The notes under the pieces: model-generated
The model's input: the letters and a program-made list of their open reading frames with translations, nothing else
Told to the model about the DNA's origin: nothing
Databases searched by the model: none
Made by a program: the position numbers and the translations under genes
Assembly (NCBI GenBank): GCA_964609495.1
Contig: CAZSTA010000016.1
Location: 1-33,799 of the forward strand
Length of the DNA stretch: 33,799 nt
Reading direction: 5' to 3'
Origin: an uncultured bacterium
Lineage (GTDB): Bacteria; CAZSTA01
Shown here: one piece after another, positions 7,976-17,840 of the stretch
Position numbering within the stretch: the stretch's first letter is position 1
Layout: each line of letters starts with the position of its first letter

Positions 7976-10072
7976 TCAAGCTAAGGAATCGGGATCGGGG
8001 AAGAACATACTTTCCATAAATACGTTCTGGAAATTCGCGTGTCCACATAGTTCTATATATTCCACATCCTGAGTCACCTGCTCGGCCCTTTCCCGTTCCT
8101 TTTTAGATAATAGGGCGATCTTAGCCCCCACTCCGGCCGCATTACCGATCGATTTTATCCTTTCCAAGGGGATCTGGGAGGGAAGCAAGCCGATGATCCG
8201 AGCGCTCTGACGATCTATGTAATTGCCGAAAGCTCCTGCCAGAAGCACTTCGTGGATATCATCATCATCGATTCCCAACTCCTCCTTCAATATCTGGATT
8301 CCACTGAGGATAGCTCCCTTCGCTAGCTGGACCTCTCGCACATCCCTCTGAGTCAGGACTATCGGCTCATTGAGCTGGCTTTCCTCTTTCTTGATTAAGA
8401 TGAAACTCGAGCCGTTCTCACCCTCTACGATCCTCTCTCTCCAAGCAGGACTCAGTCCTTCGGGAGGATCATCGGGATCGCAGATCCTTCCAGTCTCATC
8501 TATTATCCTCTTGGTGATGAGAACAGCAACCGCATCTACTAATCCCGAGCCACAGATTCCCTGGGCAGGAACATCTCCTATCGTGGTGATCGCGATATCA
8601 TCTCCGCTATCGAATATATGATTGATAGCGCCAGCGGCGGCTCTCATCCCGAATTTGATATGCGCTCCCTCGAAGGCTGGTCCTGCCGCGGTAGAACAGG
8701 ATATTAACCTCTTGCTAGAGCCTAGGACTATCTCTCCGTTCGTTCCGATATCTATTGTCAAGCGTATCTCATCGTCCTCATATATAGCAGAGGCCAGAAT
8801 GACACCTACCGTATCCGCTCCTACAAAGCCCGCGATATTGGGGAGGGAATAGACCGAGGCGCAGGGATTGATCTTAATCCCCAATTCCCTCGCTCTAGCC
8901 CTTACTGGTTCCTCGACTACTGAGACATAAGGAGCTAAAGCTAGATGAGTAGGATCGAGGGAGAAGAAGAGGTGATGCATACAGGTATTGCCCACTACAG
9001 TCATCTTATATATATCCTTTGCTCCAACTTGACTTTTATCGACTAACTGAGCGATAAGCTCGTTGATAACGCCTATCACACATTCATTTAGCTTCTCCAG
9101 GCCATCCTTCGAGGTGGTAACAAGGTTTATGCGGGATACGACATCATCACCATATACAACTTGCGGATTCATAGCCGAGGCTACCGCTAGATCCTCACCA
9201 GTGTTGAGATCTAGTAGTCTCCCTACTATGGTGGTAGTTCCAATATCAAAGGCGATGCCATAATTATCGCTAGTTGTATCACAGCATTGAAATTCCACTA
9301 TCTGGTCATCGACTATCACCGCGGTTAATTTATTATCCGACTCTCTTACTATCTTGGGAAGGTTACGCAACGTTTGGAGATTAAACCCTACTCCCTGAGA
9401 GGGAGGAATCCTCCCCTGAAAGGGAACTTTTTTACCTTGAGTCCTATTTGAAGCAAAAGTTCCCTTTTCTACCTCTCCTATTTTATCTATGGGGGAGGAA
9501 TCTCTCCTTGACTCTTCTGTCCTGGTAAGAAGAGGGGTATTCGAAGAATGGGATGGGGGGCTAGATCTTTCTTCTAAACCAGAATTTAAGTTCGGGATAT
9601 GCCCCTCTATATTATCGTTTTTATTTTCATTTAACCTGCTATCTATCGCCCTTTTCACCCTCTCCCAATCGGAGATCTGATTCTCCAGAGAAGATTCCTC
9701 TAGCTCTAAATATATCTTCTTAACCTCTGGATCAAGATCTATCTTTCTCTCCACACCTTCGATCAGTACCTTCTGATTAGCTAGCCTAGATCTACTGGGA
9801 AGAATGACCGCTATATCGCTTTCCACCCTAGTTTGGCAAGCCAATCTATAGCCCATCTCCAATTCTGCGGCGTGAAGGCGGCGCTTCTCCGTCTCTGTAG
9901 GAGGGGAGACGCCATTCATTACTTGCACCTTGCACTTACCACAAGTTCCTCTACCTCCGCAAGTACTCTCCAAGCCGATCCCAGCTAAGATGGCAGCCTC
10001 CAATATCGTCTCTCCTGCGGGTATAGAAACTATCTTTTTAGTGGGGAAAAATGTAACTTTGACTTTATTCAT
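7976..10072 (-). CDS. ASKHA-domain [2Fe-2S] ATPase, RACo/AcsV-like reductive activator of corrinoid proteins
   Basis: CGGRGTCGKC...RLACQ ferredoxin domain, DIGTTT, YGDDVVSRI, DIGTNGE, AAGPAFEG, GICGSG and LAGAFG. Contains an apparent ~75-aa insertion. Confidence 0.92.
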   Translation of the reverse strand: MNKVKVTFFPTKKIVSIPAGETILEAAILAGIGLESTCGGRGTCGKCKVQVMNGVSPPTETEKRRLHAAELEMGYRLACQTRVESDIAVILPSRSRLANQKVLIEGVERKIDLDPEVKKIYLELEESSLENQISDWERVKRAIDSRLNENKNDNIEGHIPNLNSGLEERSSPPSHSSNTPLLTRTEESRRDSSPIDKIGEVEKGTFASNRTQGKKVPFQGRIPPSQGVGFNLQTLRNLPKIVRESDNKLTAVIVDDQIVEFQCCDTTSDNYGIAFDIGTTTIVGRLLDLNTGEDLAVASAMNPQVVYGDDVVSRINLVTTSKDGLEKLNECVIGVINELIAQLVDKSQVGAKDIYKMTVVGNTCMHHLFFSLDPTHLALAPYVSVVEEPVRARARELGIKINPCASVYSLPNIAGFVGADTVGVILASAIYEDDEIRLTIDIGTNGEIVLGSSKRLISCSTAAGPAFEGAHIKFGMRAAAGAINHIFDSGDDIAITTIGDVPAQGICGSGLVDAVAVLITKRIIDETGRICDPDDPPEGLSPAWRERIVEGENGSSFILIKKEESQLNEPIVLTQRDVREVQLAKGAILSGIQILKEELGIDDDDIHEVLLAGAFGNYIDRQSARIIGLLPSQIPLERIKSIGNAAGVGAKIALLSKKERERAEQVTQDVEYIELCGHANFQNVFMESMFFPDPDSLA
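9419..9467. repeat. Family A palindromic element inside the RACo-like CDS, in frame
   Basis: AAAGGGAACTTTT...AAAAGTTCCCTTT, read on the - strand as KGTFASNRTQGKKVPF. Confidence 0.9.
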
Positions 10073-10123
10073 CTACCTTTTATTCCTTCCTTTCAAACTT
10101 AAATCTGGTTATGATTGCGACTT

Positions 10124-10191
10124 TAAAGGGGACTTTTGCCGACAAAAATATATAAGGTTAAAAAGTTACCAGAATTCAAAAGTCCCCTTTA
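10124..10191. repeat. Family A palindromic element, long (68 bp) form
   Basis: Perfect 15-bp inverted ends TAAAGGGGACTTTTG / CAAAAGTCCCCTTTA. The last 3 bases are the stop codon of the TPR gene. Confidence 0.92.
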
Positions 10192-11763
10192 TTTGTTGAG
10201 CATTTGCTCAGCCCGATCTAAAAGATATTTAGCTCCCTTATGATCTGGTTGAATTTCGAGAACCGCGGATAATATCGGGATAGCGCTATCAAGTTCTCCG
10301 ATATCGTAATATGTTCTTCCCAACCAGTAAAGGGAATCGATGTTGTGTGGATCCAGCTCATAAGCTCTTTCGAACTCCTGAATAGCTAGATCGAACTTTC
10401 CCAAAGTATAAAGCTCATATCCTAGATTATGATGTCCAGCGGAAGCCTCCTGCTTATCGGGATTAAGATCTAGAAACCTTCCCTGATAATCTGCGTAGCC
10501 CTCTATATATCCCGTCTTTTTATAAGCTCTTCCTAGCCAGTCGTGAGCTTTGGCAAAGTCGGGATTAAGTTCCACAGCCATCCTCAACTCCTCAATAGCA
10601 GATTCAAGCAGACCCTTCGAGTATAGATCGTATCCCCTCAAATAGTGATTATAAGCATCCACTCCATATTGAGCTTCATCTTTCGTCCTCTCCAAGAACC
10701 ATTTCGCCTCGGAGTTATGGGGATCTATTCTGAGGACCTCTTCCCATTCTTCTATCGATTTTCTGAGATTATTGGTCTCTTTATATATCCTAGCTAGCCA
10801 ATAGTGTGCTTTGAGGGAGTTATTATCCATCCAGATCGCTTTTTTGAATCTATCAATAGCTTCTTCAGTTCTACGAGCGGTGTAGAGACCATAACCCAAT
10901 TCGAAATACCCTTCCGCCACCATAGCGCGGGTATCTTGCCCATAATCTCCATAAGGATCTAATTCCATAACCCTCTCACACTCCTCAATCAGCTTAACGT
11001 ACCATCTGGTTCTATAATATAGAGTGGCAAGATGATAATGAGCCTCGGTATAGTCTGGATCAGCCTCGACAGCTCTCTCAGCATAATTGATGGCTTCCTT
11101 CCAGAGAGGATTATCGGGGAAACCCTTCTCCCCATATCGCTCGATAGCTCTGTTGGTGTACTCGATCGACTTAGTTAATAAAGCATGAGCATCTTCATAG
11201 GTATATTCCTCCTCCTCCTCAATTACAGTCACTTCCTCCAGTTCTCTGTTAGCAGACTCTGGTTTGATCAGCTCTAAGCCCTTTAGAATTTGTTCGACCA
11301 ATCTGTCCTTGAGCTTGGTGATCTCTCCCTTCTCCCCTTGCGCACCTTGTTGCCAGATGACTTTACCAGATTCTATATCGATCAATTGGAAGCTGAGCAG
11401 GATGTAGGGATCGGCTGATTCATATATCCCGAAGACGAGTAGGTCCGCGGCTAGCTTTTTTCCTACCTGTTGAGCAGTCCTCTTATCCATAATCTTCAAT
11501 TCAGACAGTCCCATCCATTCCCATATTCTTCGCACTTCCTCCTGATCTATCACCTCCACCTTGCCCGCTTTCGATAGGTCGAGGATTAACATACTGAGCA
11601 AAGTATTGTTTAACCAATCCAGATTTTCATCTCTACTGAGGCTGGTAAAGGGAAGGATAGCTAAACTCTTCTCGGAAGCCTGTGTTATCGCGCTAAGCGT
11701 GATAATAGAGATAATTATGATTACTGTGAATATCGCTACTCTTGATCCGAAACTACCAGTCAT
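10189..11763 (-). CDS. Exported or membrane-anchored TPR protein with N-terminal CsgG/FlgO/TolB-N-like domain
   Basis: Hydrophobic N-terminus, LAILPF...GKKLAADLLVFG...LIDIESG domain, and multiple TPRs (AHYHLA, AHYWLA, AHDWLG, HHNLG). Confidence 0.8.
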   Translation of the reverse strand: MTGSFGSRVAIFTVIIIISIITLSAITQASEKSLAILPFTSLSRDENLDWLNNTLLSMLILDLSKAGKVEVIDQEEVRRIWEWMGLSELKIMDKRTAQQVGKKLAADLLVFGIYESADPYILLSFQLIDIESGKVIWQQGAQGEKGEITKLKDRLVEQILKGLELIKPESANRELEEVTVIEEEEEYTYEDAHALLTKSIEYTNRAIERYGEKGFPDNPLWKEAINYAERAVEADPDYTEAHYHLATLYYRTRWYVKLIEECERVMELDPYGDYGQDTRAMVAEGYFELGYGLYTARRTEEAIDRFKKAIWMDNNSLKAHYWLARIYKETNNLRKSIEEWEEVLRIDPHNSEAKWFLERTKDEAQYGVDAYNHYLRGYDLYSKGLLESAIEELRMAVELNPDFAKAHDWLGRAYKKTGYIEGYADYQGRFLDLNPDKQEASAGHHNLGYELYTLGKFDLAIQEFERAYELDPHNIDSLYWLGRTYYDIGELDSAIPILSAVLEIQPDHKGAKYLLDRAEQMLNK

Positions 11764-11817
11764 CTTATCTCCTCCTCGGGATTAACACGGTCTTTGAAAC
11801 CCGAAAAGTTAATCCCT

Positions 11818-14232
11818 CTATTGTTTCGCCGAAGAAATAGATATAGTGATTTTAGAAGTCGCGGGAATCGATATGGAAAAAGTCCGTTGTTCATCTTCAA
11901 CTTGAGGTTTGATCTCCTCTTCATTCCTCTTGATACTTATTGGGTTATGGGAATAAACTACTACGCTTGTCTCTACCTCCTCTTCCCAAGGATTCTCCAC
12001 CGTTATCTTGAACTTGTCTTCCTCGTTCTCGGTCTCAATTAGATCAAGATACTCCACACATCCAGCCGCTCTATTATCGAAGTCGATCAATATCCCTCCA
12101 AAATCCTCTTTGCATACCAGAGCCGCATGAGTGATCCAACTTATATCGCCAATATGAGAGATAGTCTCCCGTATATTTCCCTCGAATACTAACAATCCCT
12201 CGCAGGTCATCCCCGCCTTTCCTTCCTGCTCTCCGTCATATCTGATCAGACCTTGGGGGGCGCTCTTGATGGTATCTATAGCTCGATCTAAGAAGTAACT
12301 ATCACCGGTCAATCTCCATAGAGTCAATAACATCGAGGCGTTCATATTTCCATAGCGATGCCCGCTGAATCCGATCGATTTGAATTTGACGGATTCGAAA
12401 TAGCTACCCTCGGGCATTCGAGTATTCCAAGCGAACTTGAAGCTACAAGCATAGTGGGCTAATAACTTGGCGCACTTCAACCATCTCTCGTCCTTAGTTT
12501 GCAGGTAAAGTTCTAGATATCCTCGCAGAGAGTGACTAGCGGTCTCATCTAAACCCACGCGAGGGGCGTTATCGACCGGGTCTAGGAGCGGACAGCCACG
12601 AGAGAAGATTCGATCATAGTAATATCCAGCGGCTCTCTCCGCCACTTCTAAGTACCTCCTCTCACCAGTTATCCCATAGGCTCTGGAGAGGGCTGCTACC
12701 CAATCCATATTGAGATAGTCGGGCCTATTCCAGAGGGTCCTTTTGGTCACCGTCCTCCCATCTTCAGGATCGAAGAACATCCCGAATACACCATTAGGAG
12801 CAATTCTACATAGAGTATCTAAATTGCTCAGAGCCGTATCTTTCCATTTCGGCTTGTCTATTCCCTTCTCCTTCGCATACTCATAAGCTCTGAGCATAAA
12901 ATAAACCGTCTCGGATACGGGGGTCCCGGCTATTTTATTTTTGGGGATATCGAAGTTCTCTCCAGGAGTGCCAGTTCCTCGCCACCAAGCTAGATCCGCG
13001 CTCCACTTCTTCGTGATCTCGTTGAAGGCGGAGTAGTAGAAACCAGAAGGACTCACCGCCGAGGCGATATTATCGAGAACTTTAGTCGCCTTATCTATCA
13101 TCTCCTCGTTATTAAGGTGGTATCCCAATCTTAACAGATGATAGCCAGATGTTCCTCCATTAGTCCAGCCAACGGTCATTCCGCGTTCACGGAAGGATTT
13201 TCCCCCATCGTAGTTGAGCGTCTCCTGAAATATGTTGAACTCCTCGACATAATGATAGAGAAAGCCCTTGCCAAGCAATTGCAAAGTCTGCTCTGGACTC
13301 GACCAGTGGTTATAATCTCCTTTATCGCTATTCCTGTAATACCAAGCTTTGTAGAAGGGTCCGTAGCTATGAACTTCCTCGGATCGAGTGGCATAATGGA
13401 AGACATCGAAGTTGAGTTTATCACCCGGGGATATCCTAAAGCAAGGATTTATCCCCATCATATTCGTCCACAAGACTTGATTTAATCTTTGGGGATGCTC
13501 ATATATCATGGGATAACCTATACCTCCATACCATCGCCCTTTACTATCGAGTCCTACTGCTAGACAGCTAGCTCTATCTCCATAATAGGGGAGAGTGGCG
13601 ATGCCATAAGCGTTATCCTTCCAATGGAAGAAGAAAAGAGGGGTCGGTTGAGAGACGGTAGCATAGCGAGAGGAAGAATCGATAGGAAGATATAGTCTCT
13701 TCTCCCTCATCTTATCCCACTCTATTAGATCGTCAGGTATTCCCCCTTCAGCGTATCGCTTTGAACCAGCCATATAGAAGGATGGATTATCGGTGTTGAG
13801 GGTGTACCAACTCTCCGCTCCTAATATCCAGGTATCCCTATCCCCAACATATTCGAAGGTTAGATTCTCTATGAAACAATAGACTCCCGCCCACTCCTCG
13901 GCGGTTATCTTCCCGGTGACATTCCAGGGATTAGACTCGGCATCGAGCAATTTGGAGGAAAAAGTCAGGGTCTTATCATCAACCTTCTTCAATTTTTCTA
14001 TATTAGTGCCTCTTCTCTGAGTCACAAAAGAGGTGATAATAAACGATCCATAATCCTCATCACTATATGATATTAGTTCCCAATTATCATTTTTCTCGGA
14101 ATATATACCAATAGTCCAATCGCTATCTCGCTTCAAGCAAGCTAAAGCGCTAGTAGGAGTAACTATCACGGTATCAGCTACTCCATCACCATTAAAATCC
14201 TCCTCGACGATCCTTATGTCCTGATCTGCCAT
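11818..14232 (-). CDS. Uncharacterised 804-aa protein, probable (alpha/alpha)6-barrel carbohydrate-active enzyme
   Basis: Recurrent six-hairpin glycosidase-like helices (AYGITGERRYLEVA, LYLQTKDERWL, LWRLTGDSYFL). Lies downstream of sugar ABC permeases. Confidence 0.6.
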   Translation of the reverse strand: MADQDIRIVEEDFNGDGVADTVIVTPTSALACLKRDSDWTIGIYSEKNDNWELISYSDEDYGSFIITSFVTQRRGTNIEKLKKVDDKTLTFSSKLLDAESNPWNVTGKITAEEWAGVYCFIENLTFEYVGDRDTWILGAESWYTLNTDNPSFYMAGSKRYAEGGIPDDLIEWDKMREKRLYLPIDSSSRYATVSQPTPLFFFHWKDNAYGIATLPYYGDRASCLAVGLDSKGRWYGGIGYPMIYEHPQRLNQVLWTNMMGINPCFRISPGDKLNFDVFHYATRSEEVHSYGPFYKAWYYRNSDKGDYNHWSSPEQTLQLLGKGFLYHYVEEFNIFQETLNYDGGKSFRERGMTVGWTNGGTSGYHLLRLGYHLNNEEMIDKATKVLDNIASAVSPSGFYYSAFNEITKKWSADLAWWRGTGTPGENFDIPKNKIAGTPVSETVYFMLRAYEYAKEKGIDKPKWKDTALSNLDTLCRIAPNGVFGMFFDPEDGRTVTKRTLWNRPDYLNMDWVAALSRAYGITGERRYLEVAERAAGYYYDRIFSRGCPLLDPVDNAPRVGLDETASHSLRGYLELYLQTKDERWLKCAKLLAHYACSFKFAWNTRMPEGSYFESVKFKSIGFSGHRYGNMNASMLLTLWRLTGDSYFLDRAIDTIKSAPQGLIRYDGEQEGKAGMTCEGLLVFEGNIRETISHIGDISWITHAALVCKEDFGGILIDFDNRAAGCVEYLDLIETENEEDKFKITVENPWEEEVETSVVVYSHNPISIKRNEEEIKPQVEDEQRTFSISIPATSKITISISSAKQ

Positions 14233-14351
14233 TCACTTCACCNNNNNNNNNNNNNNNNNNNNNNNNNNNNNNNNNNNNNNNNNNNNNNNNNNNNNNNNNN
14301 NNNNNNNNNNNNNNNNNNNNNNNNNNNNNNNNNNNNNNNNNNAATGACTTT

Positions 14352-15218
14352 TTAAGCCTTCATTCCCGTTAAAGTGATACCCTGAACTAAATACTTCTGG
14401 GCGATGAAGAATAGGACTAAAACAGGGATAAGCGCCACGGTGGACATAGCCATAAGGGGCTGAAACTTTATAGCATATTGAGTTTGGAACGCTCGTAGTC
14501 CTAAAGCTATAGTGAATTTATTTAATGAATTAAGATAAATCAATGGCCCCATAAAGTCCGACCAGGTCCAGGTGAAGGAGAACACAGCCACAATAGCTAA
14601 AGCTGGCTTAGAAAGTGGTAGTATTACCCGACTGTATATCCCTAAAAAACCACATCCATCTATCTTAGCCGCATCATCCAGCTCCTTAGGAATAGTCAGA
14701 AAAAACTGCCTTAGAAGAAAGATGAAAAAAGGATTTCCAAAATAACCGGGGATAATAAGGGGCTTGAAGCTATCAATCCATCCCAGGCGGCTGAAGAGAA
14801 GATAGATAGGGATCATAGTTACCTGTCCAGGGAGCATCATAGTGGATAGAAGAACTAGGAAAAGAATGTCGCGCCCTCTGAATCTAGTACGGGCAAAGCC
14901 GAAAGCGATAAGGGAGGAGGAGATTATAACCCCGATCATATAAAGAATAGCTACGATAGCAGTGTTCTTGAAGAAGAGAGCAGAAGGCAATATTCTCCAA
15001 GCATCTACATAGTTCGACCAAAGAACTGGCTTAGGTATCCACTCCGGGGGAAAGGTATAGACCTGAGTCGAGGGCTTGAGGGAAGTCGAAATCATCCAGA
15101 AGAAGGGAAGAAGGAATATAATAGAGCCTAGTGAAATTACCACATAAGCTATGATCTTAACCATCGTCTCTCGGAAGTGCTTGGTTTCATACCATTTGGG
15201 TTTACTTATAACAGCCAT
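14352..15218 (-). CDS. Carbohydrate ABC transporter permease (MalG-type)
   Basis: PFFWMISTSLK and EAA loop ELDDAAKIDG; multiple hydrophobic segments. Confidence 0.95.
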   Translation of the reverse strand: MAVISKPKWYETKHFRETMVKIIAYVVISLGSIIFLLPFFWMISTSLKPSTQVYTFPPEWIPKPVLWSNYVDAWRILPSALFFKNTAIVAILYMIGVIISSSLIAFGFARTRFRGRDILFLVLLSTMMLPGQVTMIPIYLLFSRLGWIDSFKPLIIPGYFGNPFFIFLLRQFFLTIPKELDDAAKIDGCGFLGIYSRVILPLSKPALAIVAVFSFTWTWSDFMGPLIYLNSLNKFTIALGLRAFQTQYAIKFQPLMAMSTVALIPVLVLFFIAQKYLVQGITLTGMKA

Positions 15219-15224
15219 CGCCTG

Positions 15225-16166
15225 CTACCTCCTCCTGCTCACTAGCTCCCCTTCATAATATACCCATAGGGGCGAGCTTTTGAATACCGTCAGAGTCGCG
15301 ACCAGAATAACTACAAATAGGACCCAAGCCAAAGCCGAGGCATATCCCATGTGAAACTTCTGAAAGGCGGTCCTATACAGATACAAAACGTAGGTAAGGG
15401 TAGCGTTATTAGGTCCTCCACTGGTCATAATATAGGTTTGGGTGAAGATCTGGAAACTGCCGATAATCCCCATAATGAAGGTGAAAAATATAGTGGGGGT
15501 TAGCATAGGCAAAGTTATATGGATGAGCTTCCTAAAGCTACCAGCACCATCAAGCTCAGCCGCCTCATATAGTTGGGCTGGAACCCCCTGAAGTCCAGCT
15601 AAGAAGATGAGCATACTTCCCCCAACTCTCCATAAGCTCATCATGATGATCGCGGGCATCGCCCAGGTTTCGCTGAATAGCCAGGGTAACTTCGGTAACC
15701 CTATCAAACTTAACATATAGTTAACTAAACCGAAATCGGGATGAAGCAACCAGATCCAAAGAAGAGCGACTGCAACCCCTGAGATAACGGAGGGAAGGTA
15801 GTATATCGTTCTATATATCCCTATTCCCTTTATCTTTTGATTCATAAATGAGGCTACAATCATAGCGAAGGTCAACCCTAAGGGAACGCTCACGAAGGTG
15901 TAGTAGATGGTATTTATAAGAGCCTTCCAGAACAGACGATCCTTGTTGAGGATCTTAACATAATTCTTTATCCCTATGAACTTAGCCGGGGTCATCATAT
16001 CAGATTTGAAGAAGCTTAGCCCGAAGGAATAGATCATAGCCCCTATAGTGAATATTAGGAAGCCTATTATCCAAGGGGAGATAAATAGATAGCCCGCTAT
16101 CTCTTCCCTCTGCCATTGGGATAATCTCCTCCGGCGACCTTTAGGAATCATTATCTTCATAATCAA
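15225..16166 (-). CDS. Carbohydrate ABC transporter permease (MalF-type)
   Basis: YLFISPWIIGF and LAGLQGVPAQLYEAAELDGA. Confidence 0.95.
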   Translation of the reverse strand: MIMKIMIPKGRRRRLSQWQREEIAGYLFISPWIIGFLIFTIGAMIYSFGLSFFKSDMMTPAKFIGIKNYVKILNKDRLFWKALINTIYYTFVSVPLGLTFAMIVASFMNQKIKGIGIYRTIYYLPSVISGVAVALLWIWLLHPDFGLVNYMLSLIGLPKLPWLFSETWAMPAIIMMSLWRVGGSMLIFLAGLQGVPAQLYEAAELDGAGSFRKLIHITLPMLTPTIFFTFIMGIIGSFQIFTQTYIMTSGGPNNATLTYVLYLYRTAFQKFHMGYASALAWVLFVVILVATLTVFKSSPLWVYYEGELVSRRR

Positions 16167-16195
16167 TCTCTCCAGTTATGTTTTCGATAAAGAAT

Positions 16196-16231
16196 AGATC
16201 GTGACTGCCGTGAAGTTGACAGCCACGATCT
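16196..16231 (-). terminator. Stem-loop after the solute-binding protein gene (partial terminator or mRNA stabiliser)
   Basis: On the - strand: AGATCGTGGCTGTC-8 nt-GGCAGTCACGATCT, then ATTCTTT. Confidence 0.65.
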
Positions 16232-16248
16232 TCGATTACTAGAATCAA

Positions 16249-17535
16249 CTAATCCTCAGCCAACATCTCGTTTATCTCTTTGACTATTGGGGGAATTGCT
16301 TCCTCCGGGGTCGTCTTATTTAACACGAAGATCTGCTCTAGGACAGGATTTAGTAGCTCGTTGACCTCACCCTGCCTCTTCATAAGGGGAACAGGTCGAG
16401 CATAATTCAGAGCAGCCTCTACGAAGATCTTGACGTTCTTATCAGCCTTAGCCCCAGCGGAATCCGTTTCGTACTCTCTAGCAATAGAGATTCTAGCTGG
16501 CTGTAGGGCTCGGACTTCCATCCTGATACGGTTGGCCTCGGGGCTGACTATGTGGTAAAGAACCTTCCAAGCCTCCTCCGGATGCTTCGTCCTGGCATAG
16601 ATGGAATAGCCGTCCGTTCCAAACATAGTAGCTCGACCAGCTTTGCCCTTAGCGAGATGTTGAGCATCCCACTCGAACTCCGCGGTCTCCAGCAGCCAGG
16701 GGATATCCCAAGAGCCGTTATACTGCATAGCTGTTTTGCCCACGGGGAAGGTGGTCCAGACGTTCTGCTCACCCATATCAGCAGACTTGGGAGATATCTC
16801 CCAGGTCCAGGTCATATCATACTGGACTTGTAGAGCCTCCACAGCAGGTGCCTGATCGATCAGAAGCTTGCTACCAACTACCTCTTCCTCAGGATGGATC
16901 AATCCGCCATTCTGCCAGATCCAATAGGCGAAACGATCGAGATAAGGCTGAACCTGGAAGCCCCATTGATACTTCTTGCCAGATTCGTCAGCCTTAGTTA
17001 ACTTCTTGCTTGCATCGATCAGATCATCCCAGGTCCATTCGTCGGTCGGGTAAGGGACTCCAGCCCCATCGAACATCTCCATATTATAGTAGAGACCAAC
17101 TGTTCCTGCATACTTGGGCAAACCGAACTGCTTATCTCCCACAGCGAAAGCGGCATATTGGGTGGGATAGAAGTCGTTCAACTCCTCCTCAGTCATATAC
17201 TTCTCGATGAGATCGTTCAGCCAGAGGAACTGACCTCTTTGAGCCCAATCCTGGTAGAAATCTCCGAATCCCATCATCACATCAGGAGCGTTGCCAGCTA
17301 CCATCTGAGCGGTTACCTTCTGAACCCAATCTCCCACCAGGGGCTGATGCTCCATCTCGATATCGGGGTTCTGAGCTTCAAAGGCTTCTTTGATGAGCTT
17401 CATCATCTCGATACCATAAACAGTGCCACCTTCCCCTACAACGATCTTGACCTTCGCCGCCATCGCCGAAGGCACTACTAACAGCCCTACTAGCATTACA
17501 GAAATGACCAGAAAAGCTAACTTTTTATTTAACAT
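16249..17535 (-). CDS. Carbohydrate ABC transporter substrate-binding protein
   Basis: Sec signal peptide ending AMA, AGNAPDV, LYYNMEMFDGAG, WTWDDL and TKHPEEAWK. RBS AAGGAGG. Confidence 0.93.
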   Translation of the reverse strand: MLNKKLAFLVISVMLVGLLVVPSAMAAKVKIVVGEGGTVYGIEMMKLIKEAFEAQNPDIEMEHQPLVGDWVQKVTAQMVAGNAPDVMMGFGDFYQDWAQRGQFLWLNDLIEKYMTEEELNDFYPTQYAAFAVGDKQFGLPKYAGTVGLYYNMEMFDGAGVPYPTDEWTWDDLIDASKKLTKADESGKKYQWGFQVQPYLDRFAYWIWQNGGLIHPEEEVVGSKLLIDQAPAVEALQVQYDMTWTWEISPKSADMGEQNVWTTFPVGKTAMQYNGSWDIPWLLETAEFEWDAQHLAKGKAGRATMFGTDGYSIYARTKHPEEAWKVLYHIVSPEANRIRMEVRALQPARISIAREYETDSAGAKADKNVKIFVEAALNYARPVPLMKRQGEVNELLNPVLEQIFVLNKTTPEEAIPPIVKEINEMLAED

Positions 17536-17689
17536 TCTGTACCTCCTTATTTTTGATTATTTTATCTATCTTATCTCCTCTCGGCTCATTTATTCCCTTC
17601 ACATCACTCCTTTCTTGACCAGATATATTTCTATCGAACTAAGATAGTTAATCTGGCCTTACTCCGAATCCATATTGCCTTCCCGCTAA

Positions 17690-17738
17690 AAAGGGAACTT
17701 TTTTACCTTGAGCTCTATTTGAAGCAAAAGTTCCCTTT
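17690..17738. repeat. Family A element at contig end; probably the same locus as 17845-17893
   Basis: 17684-17738 is identical to 17839-17893 (55 bp) across a 100-N gap. Confidence 0.75.
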
Positions 17739-17840
17739 NNNNNNNNNNNNNNNNNNNNNNNNNNNNNNNNNNNNNNNNNNNNNNNNNNNNNNNNNNNNNN
17801 NNNNNNNNNNNNNNNNNNNNNNNNNNNNNNNNNNNNNNCG

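Noticed and set aside
9930-10199. 89-aa + strand ORF
   Set aside because: It is antisense to the RACo start and runs through a family A element, so it is repeat-derived.
14352-17535. ABC transporter cluster lacking an ATPase gene
   Set aside because: This is common for carbohydrate ABC systems, which share an MsmK/MalK-type ATPase encoded elsewhere.
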